Of a stretch of 50,327 bases of DNA, positions 21,995 through 34,230 are shown one piece after another; the first letter of the stretch is position 1; every line of letters starts with the position of its first letter. The stretch is from assembly GCA_002269645.1 (NCBI GenBank), contig NIVC01004329.1, positions 1 to 50,327 of the forward strand, in the 5' to 3' direction. The DNA is from Macrostomum lignano. Lineage: Eukaryota. A program made the translations under genes and the position numbers. Below the pieces are notes generated by a model. That model searched no databases, had not been told where the DNA came from, and was given only the letters and a program-made list of their open reading frames with translations.

Positions 21995-22275
21995 TAAAAA
22001 TTGAAACACGTGATTTCGTTGCTAAAAAAGCTGCGTAATTTTGTGGTTTCTAAAAATAGAACCATGTGATTTCGTGGTTGCTAAAAATAGACCTACGTAA
22101 TTTTGCAGTTTCTAAAAATAGAACCATGTGATTTCGTGGTTGCTAAAAATAGAACTACGTAATTTTGCAGTTTCTAAAAATAGAACCATGTGATTTCGTG
22201 GTTGCTAAAGATAGAACTACGTAATTTCGCGGTTTCTAGAAATACAACCAGGTGATTTAATGGTTTCTAAAAGTA
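21995..22275. repeat. 31-bp AT-rich repeat arranged as an alternating A/B 62-bp dimer
   Basis: CTAAAAATAG starts at 22050, 22081, 22112, 22143, 22174, 22205, 22236 and 22267. Confidence 0.9.
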
Positions 22276-22934
22276 CAAACTACATAGGTAGTCGAGAATT
22301 AGGGGAATTATAAGAGCAGAAGAGCAAACTTGTTTCGTTTATTCGAAAAATGGAAGTTCATGCGTATTGAGAATGCAACAAAGTCCCGTTGTTTGACAAA
22401 TGCCTAGTTGTTGCAGGAAATTTTGGTTGTACTGTCTGGACGGGCGCAAATTAAAGTTTGCAGGATTAGAAAAAATTAAAGATTTACTACCGCGAAAAAT
22501 TTACTAGCGAATGGATATCAAAATACAAATGATTTTGGCGGCCCAGTTCGCCGCCACGAAAGATAACTTATATGGAAAAAAGAAAAATTTTCGACAGCAG
22601 TAATTTAGTTCTACTGGTGAAGCAGAAGTGCATCGAATTTTTTGGCTAAACAAAAATTTCGTCCGTTTTTCGTCATTTTTTCTCTCGAAGCTTTCCATAA
22701 ACTTTTTTGGTCTTTTAATCTTCAAATTTCTGGCATTCCATTTCGTCTTCTGCTAGGCATAGCCGCCCAGCCCTGTGCAGGAGACTTTCCAGCTGTTTGC
22801 GAGGTTGTTCAATGCCACTGTTTACTGACTGGGCCGCCTCGCCACCGTCTTCAGGTGGTCACGGATCTGGCGATTGCAGAATGCCCAAGTTTTCTATTTG
22901 GGACTGGTGTGACCATTTTTATGGAATACAGGAT

Positions 22935-23243
22935 TGAGGGTTCGTGTTGGGGTAGATTGAGGGTTCGTGTTGGGGTAGATTGAGGGGCCTGTGTTGGGGT
23001 AGATGAGGGGCCTGTGTTGGGGTAGATGAGGGGCCTGTGTTGGGGTAGATGAGGGACCTGTGTTGGGGTAGATGAGGGGCCTGTGTTGGGGTAGATGAGG
23101 GACCTGTGTTGGGGTAGATGAGGGGCCTGTGTTGGGGTAGATGAGGGGCCTGTGTTGGGGTAGATGAGGGGCCTGTGTTGGGGTAGATGAGGGGCCTGTG
23201 TTGGGGTAGATGAGGGGCCTGTGTTGGGGTAGATGAGGGGCCT
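22935..23243. repeat. 23-bp G-rich minisatellite TGAGGGGCCTGTGTTGGGGTAGA
   Basis: Directly visible. Confidence 0.96.
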
Positions 23244-24075
23244 GTAGAAACGAGCGTATCTGTTGCTGGACCTGAAGGAGAAGAGCGGCAGTCAATGGGG
23301 CGCAGAAATGACCATTTATTGGTTCCTGAATAGCATAAATGGTAGTGGCATCGATTGCCTCGGGAAAGCCGCCATTTGGAGTTTGATTGCCCCTAAAAGC
23401 TGCATCGAAACTCCCAGATCAAGCGTATATCCCCGAGCAGTTAATTGATGACAGCCTATAAATAAATGATCCAACTAGCAACTGCATGTATGGGCAGAAG
23501 TCTTCAGAAGATATCTGAGCCTGCCAGCCATTCCTCTTGCAGCGAGTTGCAATTTCGGATTCCTAAGCCGGATTCGCTTAGCGCTAATATTTTTCCTTTC
23601 TATCATAATGCAAAATGTTAGCGAGAATACGCCGGGAGGCAGACAGAAGCGGATAGATAGACCGACTCTGAGTCCTGATTGCAGCGATGAAATGCGGCTA
23701 AACAGAGCGCATCGGAGCCTGCGAGTGCTCATGGATTTTGAAGAGATGCAGAGAGAGAGAGAGAGAGAAGCGAATTCGTGGAAACGCTGAGACAATGCAA
23801 TCAGGTGTAGCTGTGGGCTTTCACCCGACACGCAGGCTGCCAGATTCAGGGGATGGCGGGTAGAATTCAATGAGAGCTGAGCTCACGCCAGCGCCTGCTC
23901 TGAATCTAACTGTGTGAGCGAATGAGTGAGCCTGCCTGTACGTGGGCGATGCCGATGAGGCGTTGGAGGCAAAATCAAATTTCATTATTTTCCTGCTCAG
24001 AAGCAGGTGGAATGGAGGTCGGATAGCTGAAATTAATCTCATGATTTTCTACGCTTGGCATGAGTGATGCTTGTA

Positions 24076-24727
<652 letters not shown>

Positions 24728-25314
24728 TCAAAGCGGATGGCGGCTCGCGCAAGGTGTCCGGCCAGCAGGATGACTGGAAACCACCGAGCGGGCAGGGTTC
24801 AGTTAAAGTTCCCGGACTTTCAAGCTCGGTAAACAGTTGCGCGAGAAGGGCGGAGCGAGCGAACAGGCAGGCCGGACTTTGCCCGCCACCGCACACAATT
24901 TGAGAGGCAGAGATAGAAGGAGAGGGGACTGGCAAGCAGGTTGAAGACTTGGTGCAGTTCCGGAGTTGCTGCTCCGCCCTCACTGCCCCCAATGCCTCCC
25001 GGTCCCGCCGCCTCCGCTGCCGCCTCCGCTGCCGCCTCCGCTGCCGCCTCCGCTGCCGCCTCCGCCGTTTTTCTCGTTTTAATGCGCACTCTGCCACCGC
25101 TGAGAAATCGGCCACTTCTAGCAGGAGAATCTCGCCGCCCCTATACTCAAACTCTTCCCGCTCTGACTTTCTCCCTCGGAAATCTCGTCCTGTGAAATTG
25201 CCGGATTTTCGGGGGGTATACGAGTTTATATGCTTGAACAGGGGCAAATAGCACTAGCCCTACACACTGTAAGGTGCGTCGAAGACACGACCGGACCGAA
25301 AGCTCTGTGTCCCT

Positions 25315-25317
<3 letters not shown>

Positions 25318-25378
<61 letters not shown>
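25318..25378. repeat. (CT)n microsatellite
   Basis: Directly visible. Confidence 0.98.
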
Positions 25379-25382
<4 letters not shown>

Positions 25383-25494
25383 TATAATTCAGTTCAGTGC
25401 AGCTCATCTGTTCAATCAGTAGACCACCGACAACTGACTGTTGTAGGAGTATTTCAGTCTCAGGTCGAGGAGAATGGGGGATTAAGGAGTGAGG

Positions 25495-26155
25495 GGGATT
25501 GAGGAGAGTGGAAGCTTGGGGAGAGTGTGGGTTGAGGAGAGTGGTAGATTCAGGAGAGTGGGGGTTGAGGAGAGTGGTAGATTGAGGAGAGTGGGGGTTG
25601 AGGAGAGTGGTAGATTGAGGAGAGTGGGGGTTGAGGAGAGTGGGGGTTGAGGAGAGTGGTAGATTGAGGAGAGTGGTAGATTGAGGAGAGTGGGGGTTGA
25701 GGAGAGTGGTAGATTGAGGAGAGTGGGGGTTGAGGAGAGTGTGGGTTGAGGAGAGTGGTAGATTGAGGAGAGTGGGGGTTGAGGAGAGTGTGGGTTGAGG
25801 AGAGTGGTAGATTGAGGAGAGTGGGGGTTGAGGAGAGTGTGGGTTGAGGAGAGTGGTAGATTGAGGAGAGTGGGGGTTGAGGAGAGTGGGGGTTGAGGAG
25901 AGTGGTAGATTGAGGAGAGTGGGGGTTGAGGAGAGTGTGGGTTGAGGAGAGTGGTAGATTGAGGAGAGTGGGGGTTGAGGAGAGTGGGGGTTGAGGAGAG
26001 TGGGGGTTGAGGAGAGTGGGGGTTGAGGAGAGTGGGGGTTGAGGAGAGTGGGAGCTTCGGGAGAGTGGGGGTTGAGGAGAGTGGTAGATTGAGGGGAGTG
26101 GGTGATGTTGAGGAGAGTGGGTGATGTTGAGGAGAGTGGAGGAGGTTGGGAAGAG
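25495..26155. repeat. 16/17-bp G-rich minisatellite GAGGAGAGTGG(GGG/TAGA)TT
   Basis: Directly visible. Confidence 0.95.
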
Positions 26156-27086
26156 TGGAAAGAATATTGCTGAATAATTGGAGCTGCAGTTCTCCTGAGC
26201 AAAAAGACAGTTGGCGGTGATGAAACAGGAAAAGTAGAGAGAGAGAAACAGCTGACACGATAGGAAAATTGTGAACAGTAAGACGAGGTGCAACAGACAT
26301 AACGTGACGCTGCGTCTGCTGATGATGGATGCTGCAAGCCTGCGGCCTCATCAATCTACCGAGTGGGCTGGATCTGTCTGCAGTAAATTAACTCCTAGCA
26401 GTGTCATTCCGTCAGTATGGCAATTAAGTCTGCACCTGCGCGAGTCTAAAAGTACGAATTCCCAGCGAGCAAGCCAGGACGTCAGGACAGGTCCTCAGCC
26501 CCAGCCCTCAAGACCGCCCCTTCCGGGTCGCGTTGATTGGCGATGCTCCGAGGCGGAACTGATGCAAATTAATGTTGCGCCGCCTCCCAATCAAGAAGAG
26601 GCTGCTTGATGAGGTCGAATGGAAGCCGGACACCTGGTCAAAATCCCTCAAGACCTGCAACGAAAGACAGCCGGTTTTCCCCTGCAAGAAACAGCTACAG
26701 GATCTAGAAGGAAATTGGTTGAAGCGAAGGTGTGTGTGTCGCTTTTGCAGCTGCCGAGGGAGACCAGAGCAGCAGGGCGCAAATGTGTGGGAGAGGCTGA
26801 GCAGAAGAAAGAAAGCGAGTACTCTGTTGGACTTCTTACTTTGGAGTCTGCAGGCCCTGCTTATTCCAGAGCAAACGGGCAATTTCCGGCCGAAACACGG
26901 GGCAGTTGGCACTGCCACTGTCAGGCTTGCCTTCTCAGCGCTCTTCTTCATCATCTCAGCTTCCCACGGCCTCCCATTCAGAGCTATAGTGATTTCATAG
27001 TGCCTCGCTTTCTTTCCTCTGCGTCTCGCTGGGGGAAGCCCTGCATGGCAACCGGGGTTCCCGACTTCTGACTGCCGGCGATTCAG

Positions 27087-27301
27087 GTTAGGGTTAGGCT
27101 TAGGCTTAGGCTTGGGCTTAGGGTTAGGCTTAGACTTAAGCTTAGGCTTGGGCTTAGGATTAGGCTTAGACTTAAGCTTAGGGTTAGGGTTGGGCTCAGG
27201 TTTAGGGTTAGGCTTAGACTTAAGCTTAGGGCTAGGGTTAGGCTTAGGGCTAGGCTAGGCTTGGCTTAGGGTTAGAGTTAGGGTTAGGCTTAGGGTTAGG
27301 C
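27087..27301. repeat. Interstitial telomere-like hexamer array (TTAGGG/TTAGGC and variants)
   Basis: Directly visible 6-nt periodicity. Confidence 0.9.
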
Positions 27302-27884
27302 TCGTCAGTCAGATGCTCAGCAGTTGAAAGTCTTGCATCCCTTGACAATCATTATAAGCCAGCCAGTGTTTGAACCTGTACTGTACTATCATGTGCTCGC
27401 TAATTTGATTTCCACTTCGTCAGCGCGCCTGTTTGATTTATTATTCTATTCTGGCTCTAAAGTGCAGAACTTAGGCAAAGACAGACACAATATAGACGCA
27501 GCAGATGAAGCTTTCAACAAAGAGTTGGCCTGGGCAGACTAATTTTTAAGCGCAGTCCAAGCTCCCCAGATAGGTATTGTAAATACGAAGGCTCCTTGCC
27601 GTGCACCTCAGCTGGTTTGCCTGCTCTCGCTTCTCTGGGTTCGCTACAGAGCCAGCCGGACAACCTTAATCCGACAGAAAGTCGTTATCAGCAAAGTTCT
27701 TCCCCTCTGGCACTTGACTTGGCCAACTCGTTTTACCCCCCGCCCCCTCCGCTGCGTTTGACTCGAGCCGCAGTCGGAACTGATCGTTTTACATTTTGTA
27801 CTCTAAGCCAAGGGTCATGTCCGCTGCACACCTGCCTGCTTCAGTACTAGCTAAATTTTTATTTTATTTTATTAGAGGCAGGGG

Positions 27885-28221
27885 CTGTGTGCACCCTGGC
27901 GCACTTTAAGCGACATAGGCACACAACCGGCGAGAGGCATTGCTGCCCATTCCGCCGACTCCCCTGAGCAGGCATACAAGCGCGCGGATACGTACGCTGG
28001 CACCACTCACACAGGAGTGTACAGCGGCCCTAACTTTATATTATCGTTAGGCGTGTACACTTCACTGTGCCTTGGGGTTTGGCTCTCAAGACTGTTAATT
28101 GCACGAGCAGAGCCAAGCTGAGATTCCAATTCAGCCCCAAATTAATGTGACTGCACTTGGAATCGAGCCTGGACCGCTGGCATACCAGAGCAGCTGCGCT
28201 ACCGCTGGGCTACGGCGCCCC
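27885..28221 (-). mobile_element. tRNA-derived SINE, most complete copy
   Basis: The minus strand begins GGGGCGCCG-TAGCCCAGCGG (A box, 28212-28202) … GGCTCGATTCC (B box, 28169-28159). The body is homologous to copies at about 5200, 11880 and 13730. Confidence 0.8.
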
Positions 28222-28559
28222 GTACTAGCTAAATGGTTTAGAGTTTAAAAAATGCTTTACCGAAGATCGGCCAGCAAACAAAGTTCCGGCGCAAGTTCTG
28301 CTGTTTTTAAAACAGATTTTCTAGACCAGATTTCGCTTTGATCGACATTTAAACCCTGTTGAGCGCAAGAATGAAAAAAATCACTTTGGACAAAACGCTA
28401 GCTTGCAGAGTGTTGTGTTTCTTTTGCTATTGTTGTCCAAGAAGCCACTTGAAGATTGCTCAAGGATTGGCGACGGGAGGAGCCGTGAGGCGGTGCTGTT
28501 ATGGCACAGAAACCCAGAGAAATGTTCTAGATTTGGGTTCAGCAAGTTTTTTGAAACAG

Positions 28560-29575
28560 AGGGAATATGGAGAGAAAACGAAGAGGGAAGTGAAGAGAGA
28601 AGAGAGAAGATGGGAGAGATGAGGAAAGAGCGGATAAAGCGGAGAAGAGGAGGAGAGAAAAAAAGGAGACAATTGAGAAAAGAGAGAAAAGAGGAGAGAG
28701 GAGAGAAGAGAGTAGAAAGGAGAGAGGAGAGGGCAGAGAGGAGAGGAGAGAGAAGAGAGAAGAGAACAGATAAGAAAGAAGATGAGGAGAGAAGAGAGGA
28801 GAGAGAGGAGAGTAGAGAGGAGGGAGGAGAGAAGAGAGTAGAGAGGAGAGGAGAGAGAAGAGGATAGAGTAGAGAGGAGAGGAGAGAGAAGAGAGACGAA
28901 TAGAGAGGAGAGGAGAGAGAAGAGGAGAGACGAGTAGAGAGAAGAGAACAGATAAGAAAGAAGATGAGGAGAGAAGAGAGGAGAGAGAGGAGAGTAGAGA
29001 GGAGGGAGGAGAGAAGAGAGTAGAGAGGAGAGGAGAGAGAAGAGGATAGAGTAGAGAGGAGAGGAGAGAGAAGAGAGACGAATAGAGAGGAGAGGAGAGA
29101 GAAGAGGAGAGACGAGTAGAGAGAAGAGGAGAGAGAAGAGGAGAGACGAGTAGAGAGAAGAGGAGAGAGAAGAGGAGAGACGAGTAGAGAGAAGAGGAGA
29201 GAGAAGAGAGAGAAGAGAGAGAAGAGAGAGAAGAGAAGAGAGGAGAGAGGAGAGAGAGTAGAGAGGAAAGAGAAGAGAGGAGAGAGGAGAGAAGAGAGAA
29301 GAGGATAGAGTAGAGAGGAGAGGAGAGAGAAGAGGAGAGGAGAGACGAATAGAGAGTAGAGGAGAGAGAAGAGGAGAGACAAGTAGAGAGAAGAGGAAAG
29401 AGAAGAGGAGAGACGAGTAGAGAGTAGAGGAGAGAGAAGAGGAGAGACGAGTAGAGAGAAGAGGAGAGAGAAGAGGAGAGACGAGTAGAGAGAAGAGGAG
29501 AGAGAAGAGGAGAGACGAGTAGAGAGAAGAGGAGAGAGAAGAGAGAGAAGAGAGAGAAGAGAGAGAAGAGAAGAG
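28560..29575. repeat. Polypurine (GA-rich) low-complexity array with internal block duplications
   Basis: Directly visible; for example GAACAGATAAGAAAGAAGATGAGG occurs at both about 28762 and about 28946. Confidence 0.95.
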
Positions 29576-29879
29576 ACACAAAACTTGAGCGAGCCGGATT
29601 GCTATAGTGAAGTTCCAAAGGACCCGAGGGCCGGATAAAGAGGCTTCGCGGGCCGGGGTTTGCCGATCCCTGATCTAGACTAAAGAGTTACTCGTAAAAA
29701 AACAAATGGCGAATAGAACACTGAGCGAGTTTTGCCTAGCATCGCCTCTCCGCAGCCCAGCCAATAGCGTGTAGTGAAGAGTCGCCGTCCCTGCCACAGG
29801 CCCGCTGTTAGAAATGCTGCTGCTGGGGCAAGTACTCGATCGTTCCTGCAGCTGCGTTCCCAGCTTTGCCAGTCTGAGT

Positions 29880-29980
29880 GGAGCCGCGAAAATTAGATTG
29901 GTTTTAAAAGTACCGGCTTGCAAATTCGAAATTTGTTTTTTTTAAACCATCAGACTCTCTCACTGAAATTCTCCGATCAG
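29880..29980 (+). other. Candidate non-coding 5' exon of the GPCR
   Basis: A perfect donor cag|gtaagt at 29980, and the unused upstream acceptor at 33543 in front of the GPCR ATG. The exon start is a guess. Confidence 0.3.
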
Positions 29981-30074
29981 GTAAGTTATTTCGGTGACTA
30001 GCTACTGTTGCCACCGTGAAAGTATTGCTTTGGAGTATAGGCAAATATCGAGGATAGTGAATCAGTGAGTTTAA

Positions 30075-31240
30075 ATCAAAGAGAATGAGTGAATCAGGGA
30101 ATGCGTGAATCAGGGAATGAGTGAATCAGGGATTGAGTGAATCAAGGAATGCGTGAATCAGGGAATGAGTGAATCAAGGAATGCGTGAATCAGCGAATGT
30201 GTGAATCAAGGAAAGTGTGAATCAGGGATGCGTGAATCAGAGAATGAGTGAATCAGGGAATGGGTGAATCAAGGAAAGCGTGAATCAGGGAATGGGTGCA
30301 TCAGGGAATGAGTGAATCAGGGAATGGGTGCATCAGGGAATGAGTGAATCAGGGAATGGTGAATCAAGGAAAGCGTGAATCAGGGAATGGGTGCATCAGG
30401 GAATGGATGAATCAAGGAAAGCGTGAATCAGGGAATGGGTGAATCAGGGAATGGGTGAATCAGGGAATGAGTGAATCAGGGAATGGGTGAATCAGGGAAT
30501 GGGTGAATCAAAGAAAGCGTGAATCAGGGAATGGGTGCATTAGGGAATGAGTGAATCAGGGAATGCGTGAATCAGGGAATTGGTGAATCATGGTGAATCA
30601 AGGAAAGCATGAATCAGGGAATGGGTGAATCAGGGAATGGGTGAATCAAGGAAAGCGTGAATCAGGGAATGAGCGAATCAGGGAATGGGCGCATCAAGGA
30701 ATGGGCGCATCAGGGAATGAGTGAATCAGGGAATGCGTGAATAAAAGAAAGCGTGAATCAGGGAATGGGTGCATTAGGGAATGAGTGAATCAGGGAATGC
30801 GTGAATCAGGGAATTGGTGAATCATGGTGAATCAAGGAAAGCATGAATCAGGGAATGGGTGCATCAGGGAATGAGTGAATCAGGGAATGGGTGAATCAGG
30901 GAATGGGTGAATCAAGGAAAGCGTGAATCAGGGAATGAGCGAATCAGGGAATGGGCGCATCAAGGAATGGGCGCATCAGGGAATGAGTGAATCAGGGAAT
31001 GCGTGAATAAAAGAAAGCGTGAATCAGGGAATGGGTGCATCAGGGAATGAGTGAATCAGGGAATGGGTGAATCAAGGAAAGCGTGAATCAGGGAATGGGT
31101 GAATCAAGGAAAGCGTGAATCAGGGAATGGGTGCATCAGGGAATGAGTGAATCAGGGAATGGGTGAATCAAGGAAAGCGTGAATCAGGGAATGGGTGCAT
31201 CAAGGAAAGCGTGAATCAGGGAATGTGTGAGTCATGTAAT
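30075..31240. repeat. 16-bp minisatellite GAATCAGGGAATG(A/G/C)GT with higher-order block duplications
   Basis: Directly visible. Confidence 0.96.
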
Positions 31241-32189
31241 GTGTGAATCAATCTTGCGCCAAAGGCTTAATGTTAATTCGCATAAGTACGTAAAGGCCCA
31301 ATTAGAACGATGTTGATTAGCAAGCAGTGACTAAGGACAATAAACTGGCTATGATCAATTGTCAAAAATCCTTGGGTTAGGAGCGATAGGTCTGAATATA
31401 TTATACAGTTCTACACAGCAAACCTTGCGGAGGGTATTACAGGAGGCGGGACGGTTCGGCATCACGATTGTTGAACCGCTGTCGGCACCGGGGTCCTGTT
31501 TGGATAACTGCATCGCAGCTGGCGGGCAGATGATGCAGAGAGACAGAGCGGAGATGCTGAGGCAGGTCGCTCAGTGGCCTAAAAGTATTTTTGAAGCAGC
31601 GCCCCAAACCCTACAGGAAGACGGGCAGGTAAATAGAAAATTAATTTTATATCCCATACCTCGAAGCCGAGAGAGAGGGTCAGTCGACCGGTGTGAAGAT
31701 GCAGGCAAGAAGGATGCCAGAGTGATGAAGATTCACTGCTGCATTCATTTGGATTCTAAACTGGCGGGCTGCGGTGGAATTGCAAAACATATTTTATATA
31801 TTCATATTCGAGAAGCTAGCAAGGCAAACAATCAAATTGGTGAAAATGAAAGTCGTTGACTGGAGCTGCAGTTCCAGATATGCCAACCGACGCAATCAAC
31901 AAATTGAATGGGAAATTAATTACTGGAAAGGATGGGGCGGCAATGGGAGCTGGCTGTCTGGGGGATGGGCAGAGTCCGGATCAACAGTGAGTGATGGCTG
32001 TAGACTGCTGGATACTTCCTGTTGCTAAAACATTAAGGTTGTTACAAAAACAGATAGTTAAAAATGGTTGGAATGTAGGGTAAATTAAAATTGAATTGCT
32101 GCAAAGAGGGGAGCGGGAGAGGGAGGGAGGGAGATTGAAGGGAGAGTAGGAGAGAAAAGATGCAAGGTAAGAGAGGGAGAGTGGTTGAG

Positions 32190-32908
32190 AGGTGAGAAGT
32201 GAGGTTAAGAGGGAAGAGGGGGTGAGAGGGAAGAGGGGTGAGAGGGAACTGAGGGTGAGAGGGAAGAGGGAAACTGAGGCTGAGAGGGAAGAGGGGAAGT
32301 GGGGTGAGAGGGAAGAGGGGAAGTGGGGGTGAGAGGGAAGAGGGGAAGTGGGGTGAGAGGGAAGAGGGGAACTGAGGGTGAGAGGGAAGAGGGGAAGTGG
32401 GGGTGAGAGGGAAGAGGGGAAGTGGGGGTGAGAGGGAAGAGGGGAACTGAGGGTGAGAGGGAAGAGGGGAAGTGGGGTGAGAGGGAAGAGGGGAAGTGGG
32501 GGTGAGAGGGAAGAGGGGAACTGAGGCTGAGAGGGAAGAGGGGAAGTGGGGGTGAGAGGGAAGAGGGGAACTGAGGGTGAGAGGGAAGAGGGGAAGTGGG
32601 GGTGAGAGGGAAGAGGGGAACTGAGGCTGAGAGGGAAGAGGGGAAGTGGGGTGAGAGGGAAGAGGGGAACTGAGGCTGAGAGGGAAGAGGGGAAGTGGGG
32701 TGAGAGGGAAGAGGGGAAATGGGGGTGAGAGGGAAGAGGGGAAGTGGGGTGAGAGGGAAGAGGGGAAGTGGGGGTGAGAGGGAAGAGGGGAACTGAGGGT
32801 GAGAGGGAAGAGGGGAAGTGGGGGTGAGAGGGAAGAGGGGAACTGAGGGTGAGAGGGAAGAGGGGAACTGTGGGTGAGAGGGAAGAGGGGAAGTGGGGGT
32901 GAGAGGGA
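32190..32908. repeat. 24/25-bp polypurine minisatellite GAGAGGGAAGAGGGGAA(GTGGGGGT/CTGAGGGT)
   Basis: Directly visible. Confidence 0.96.
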
Positions 32909-33142
32909 AAGTAATAGGCGCAGTCCATTGTTTTCTTAAATTAGTTAGTGATTCATCTTACAGCTTCAACTTATTTTTAATTACCCTGCCAAATGAAGGA
33001 GTCGCCGTGGTGGAATGAGCCGACCTACCCGAGCTTATTCAGCTTTCTTGAGTTTCTCACGATTCACAACAGTGCGCCCAGAGCTCTCCGGATATTGCGG
33101 GGGCCTCACGTGTGGGTACCTGCCTGCCCTGGGCTGCTCACT

Positions 33143-33143
33143 C

Positions 33144-33201
<58 letters not shown>
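33143..33201. repeat. (CT)n microsatellite
   Basis: Directly visible. Confidence 0.97.
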
Positions 33202-33204
<3 letters not shown>

Positions 33205-33565
33205 CATTGCCGGCTAACTTATCCAGCTTAACACCTTGGATTGATTTCTTTTACCCGCATACGCCTGTGTCGATCAATTACGAGCGCGTGCGAGTAAGGC
33301 AGTTTAGAAATTGGAAAGACTTGGGGCCAAAGATTGCTTGACTTCTCACCCAGTGACCGGCTGGGTTTTTTAGATGGGAAAATTTGGACTCTAGCTTCTT
33401 GAAAAGGGGACAATAGGTCCTCTGGGAAGGCTGAATGAGGGTGGAAGCAGTCTGGATAATGTCTACTGGTTGCTATGCTGCACGGCAACTGAGGTTCTAC
33501 CGTATAGATACGGAATAATGGATCGCCTCTATTCGCCTTGCAGATCGAGACAAATCCGATTAAGA

Positions 33566-33838
33566 ATGGGCGCATCAGTGAGCCTCGGAGACCTGGAGCG
33601 GGACTGCTCCAACCTGTCAGCTGCCGCTCCATCCCAATACACCGGTCTGGTCCGTTTCCAAGCGTGGTACGCCCCCGTCCATGGCTACCTCTGCGTTCTG
33701 CTCTGCGTCTTCGGAGTCGTGGCCAACCTGGCTAACATTGTCGTGCTCACCAGGAAGAGCATGGCCTCGTCAGTCAATACCATCCTGATTGCTGTGGCTG
33801 TGGCTGACCTGCTAACCATGCTGCTTTATTTCTTCCAG
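33566..33838 (+). CDS. Class A neuropeptide GPCR (myosuppressin receptor/dmsr-like), coding exon 1 (N-terminus, TM1, TM2)
   Basis: HGYLCVLLCVFGVVANLANIVVLTRKSMASSVNTILIAVAVADLLTM fits the HGY…FG..AN..NI.VLTRK.M.S..N..L..LA.AD signature. Acceptor 33543 upstream; donor 33838|gtgagt. Confidence 0.9.
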
Positions 33839-34140
33839 GTGAGTGTATGTCCCTTCTGCTCATCATTCTGCTATTTTTCATCCAGAGAGTGCACGACTCT
33901 GTGTCCTTTCTTTTCATAATTCTGCTTTACTTCGTCCAGAGAGTGCGTGACTGTCCTTCTCATCATTCTGCTTTGCTTCGTCTAGAGCCTGCGTGACTGT
34001 GTCCCTTCTGCTCATCATTCTGCTTTGCTTCGTCTAGAGCCTGCGTGACTGTGTCCCTTCTGCTCATCATTCTGCTTTGCTTCGTCTAGAGCCTGCGTGA
34101 CTGTGTCCCTTCTGCTCACCATGCTGCTTTACTTCGTCCA
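33809..34140. repeat. About 51-bp repeat derived from the GPCR exon end plus donor; about 7 diverged units
   Basis: Exon end CTGCTAACCATGCTGCTTTATTTCTTCCAG aligns with intronic CTGCTCATCATTCTGCTTTGCTTCGTCTAG and CTGCTCACCATGCTGCTTTACTTCGTCCAT. Confidence 0.85.
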
Positions 34141-34230
34141 TGTCTTTTCCGTCTCATGATCTTGCTTTTTTATTGCCTTTAAAAGAAAGCCGGAACAAAT
34201 TGACAGGGTGTTTCACTTTGCCTACGACAG

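Noticed and set aside
31359-31859. 166-aa ORF on +
   Set aside because: It starts at TTG, has no motif or homology I can recognise, and probably lies in the GPCR 5' intron.
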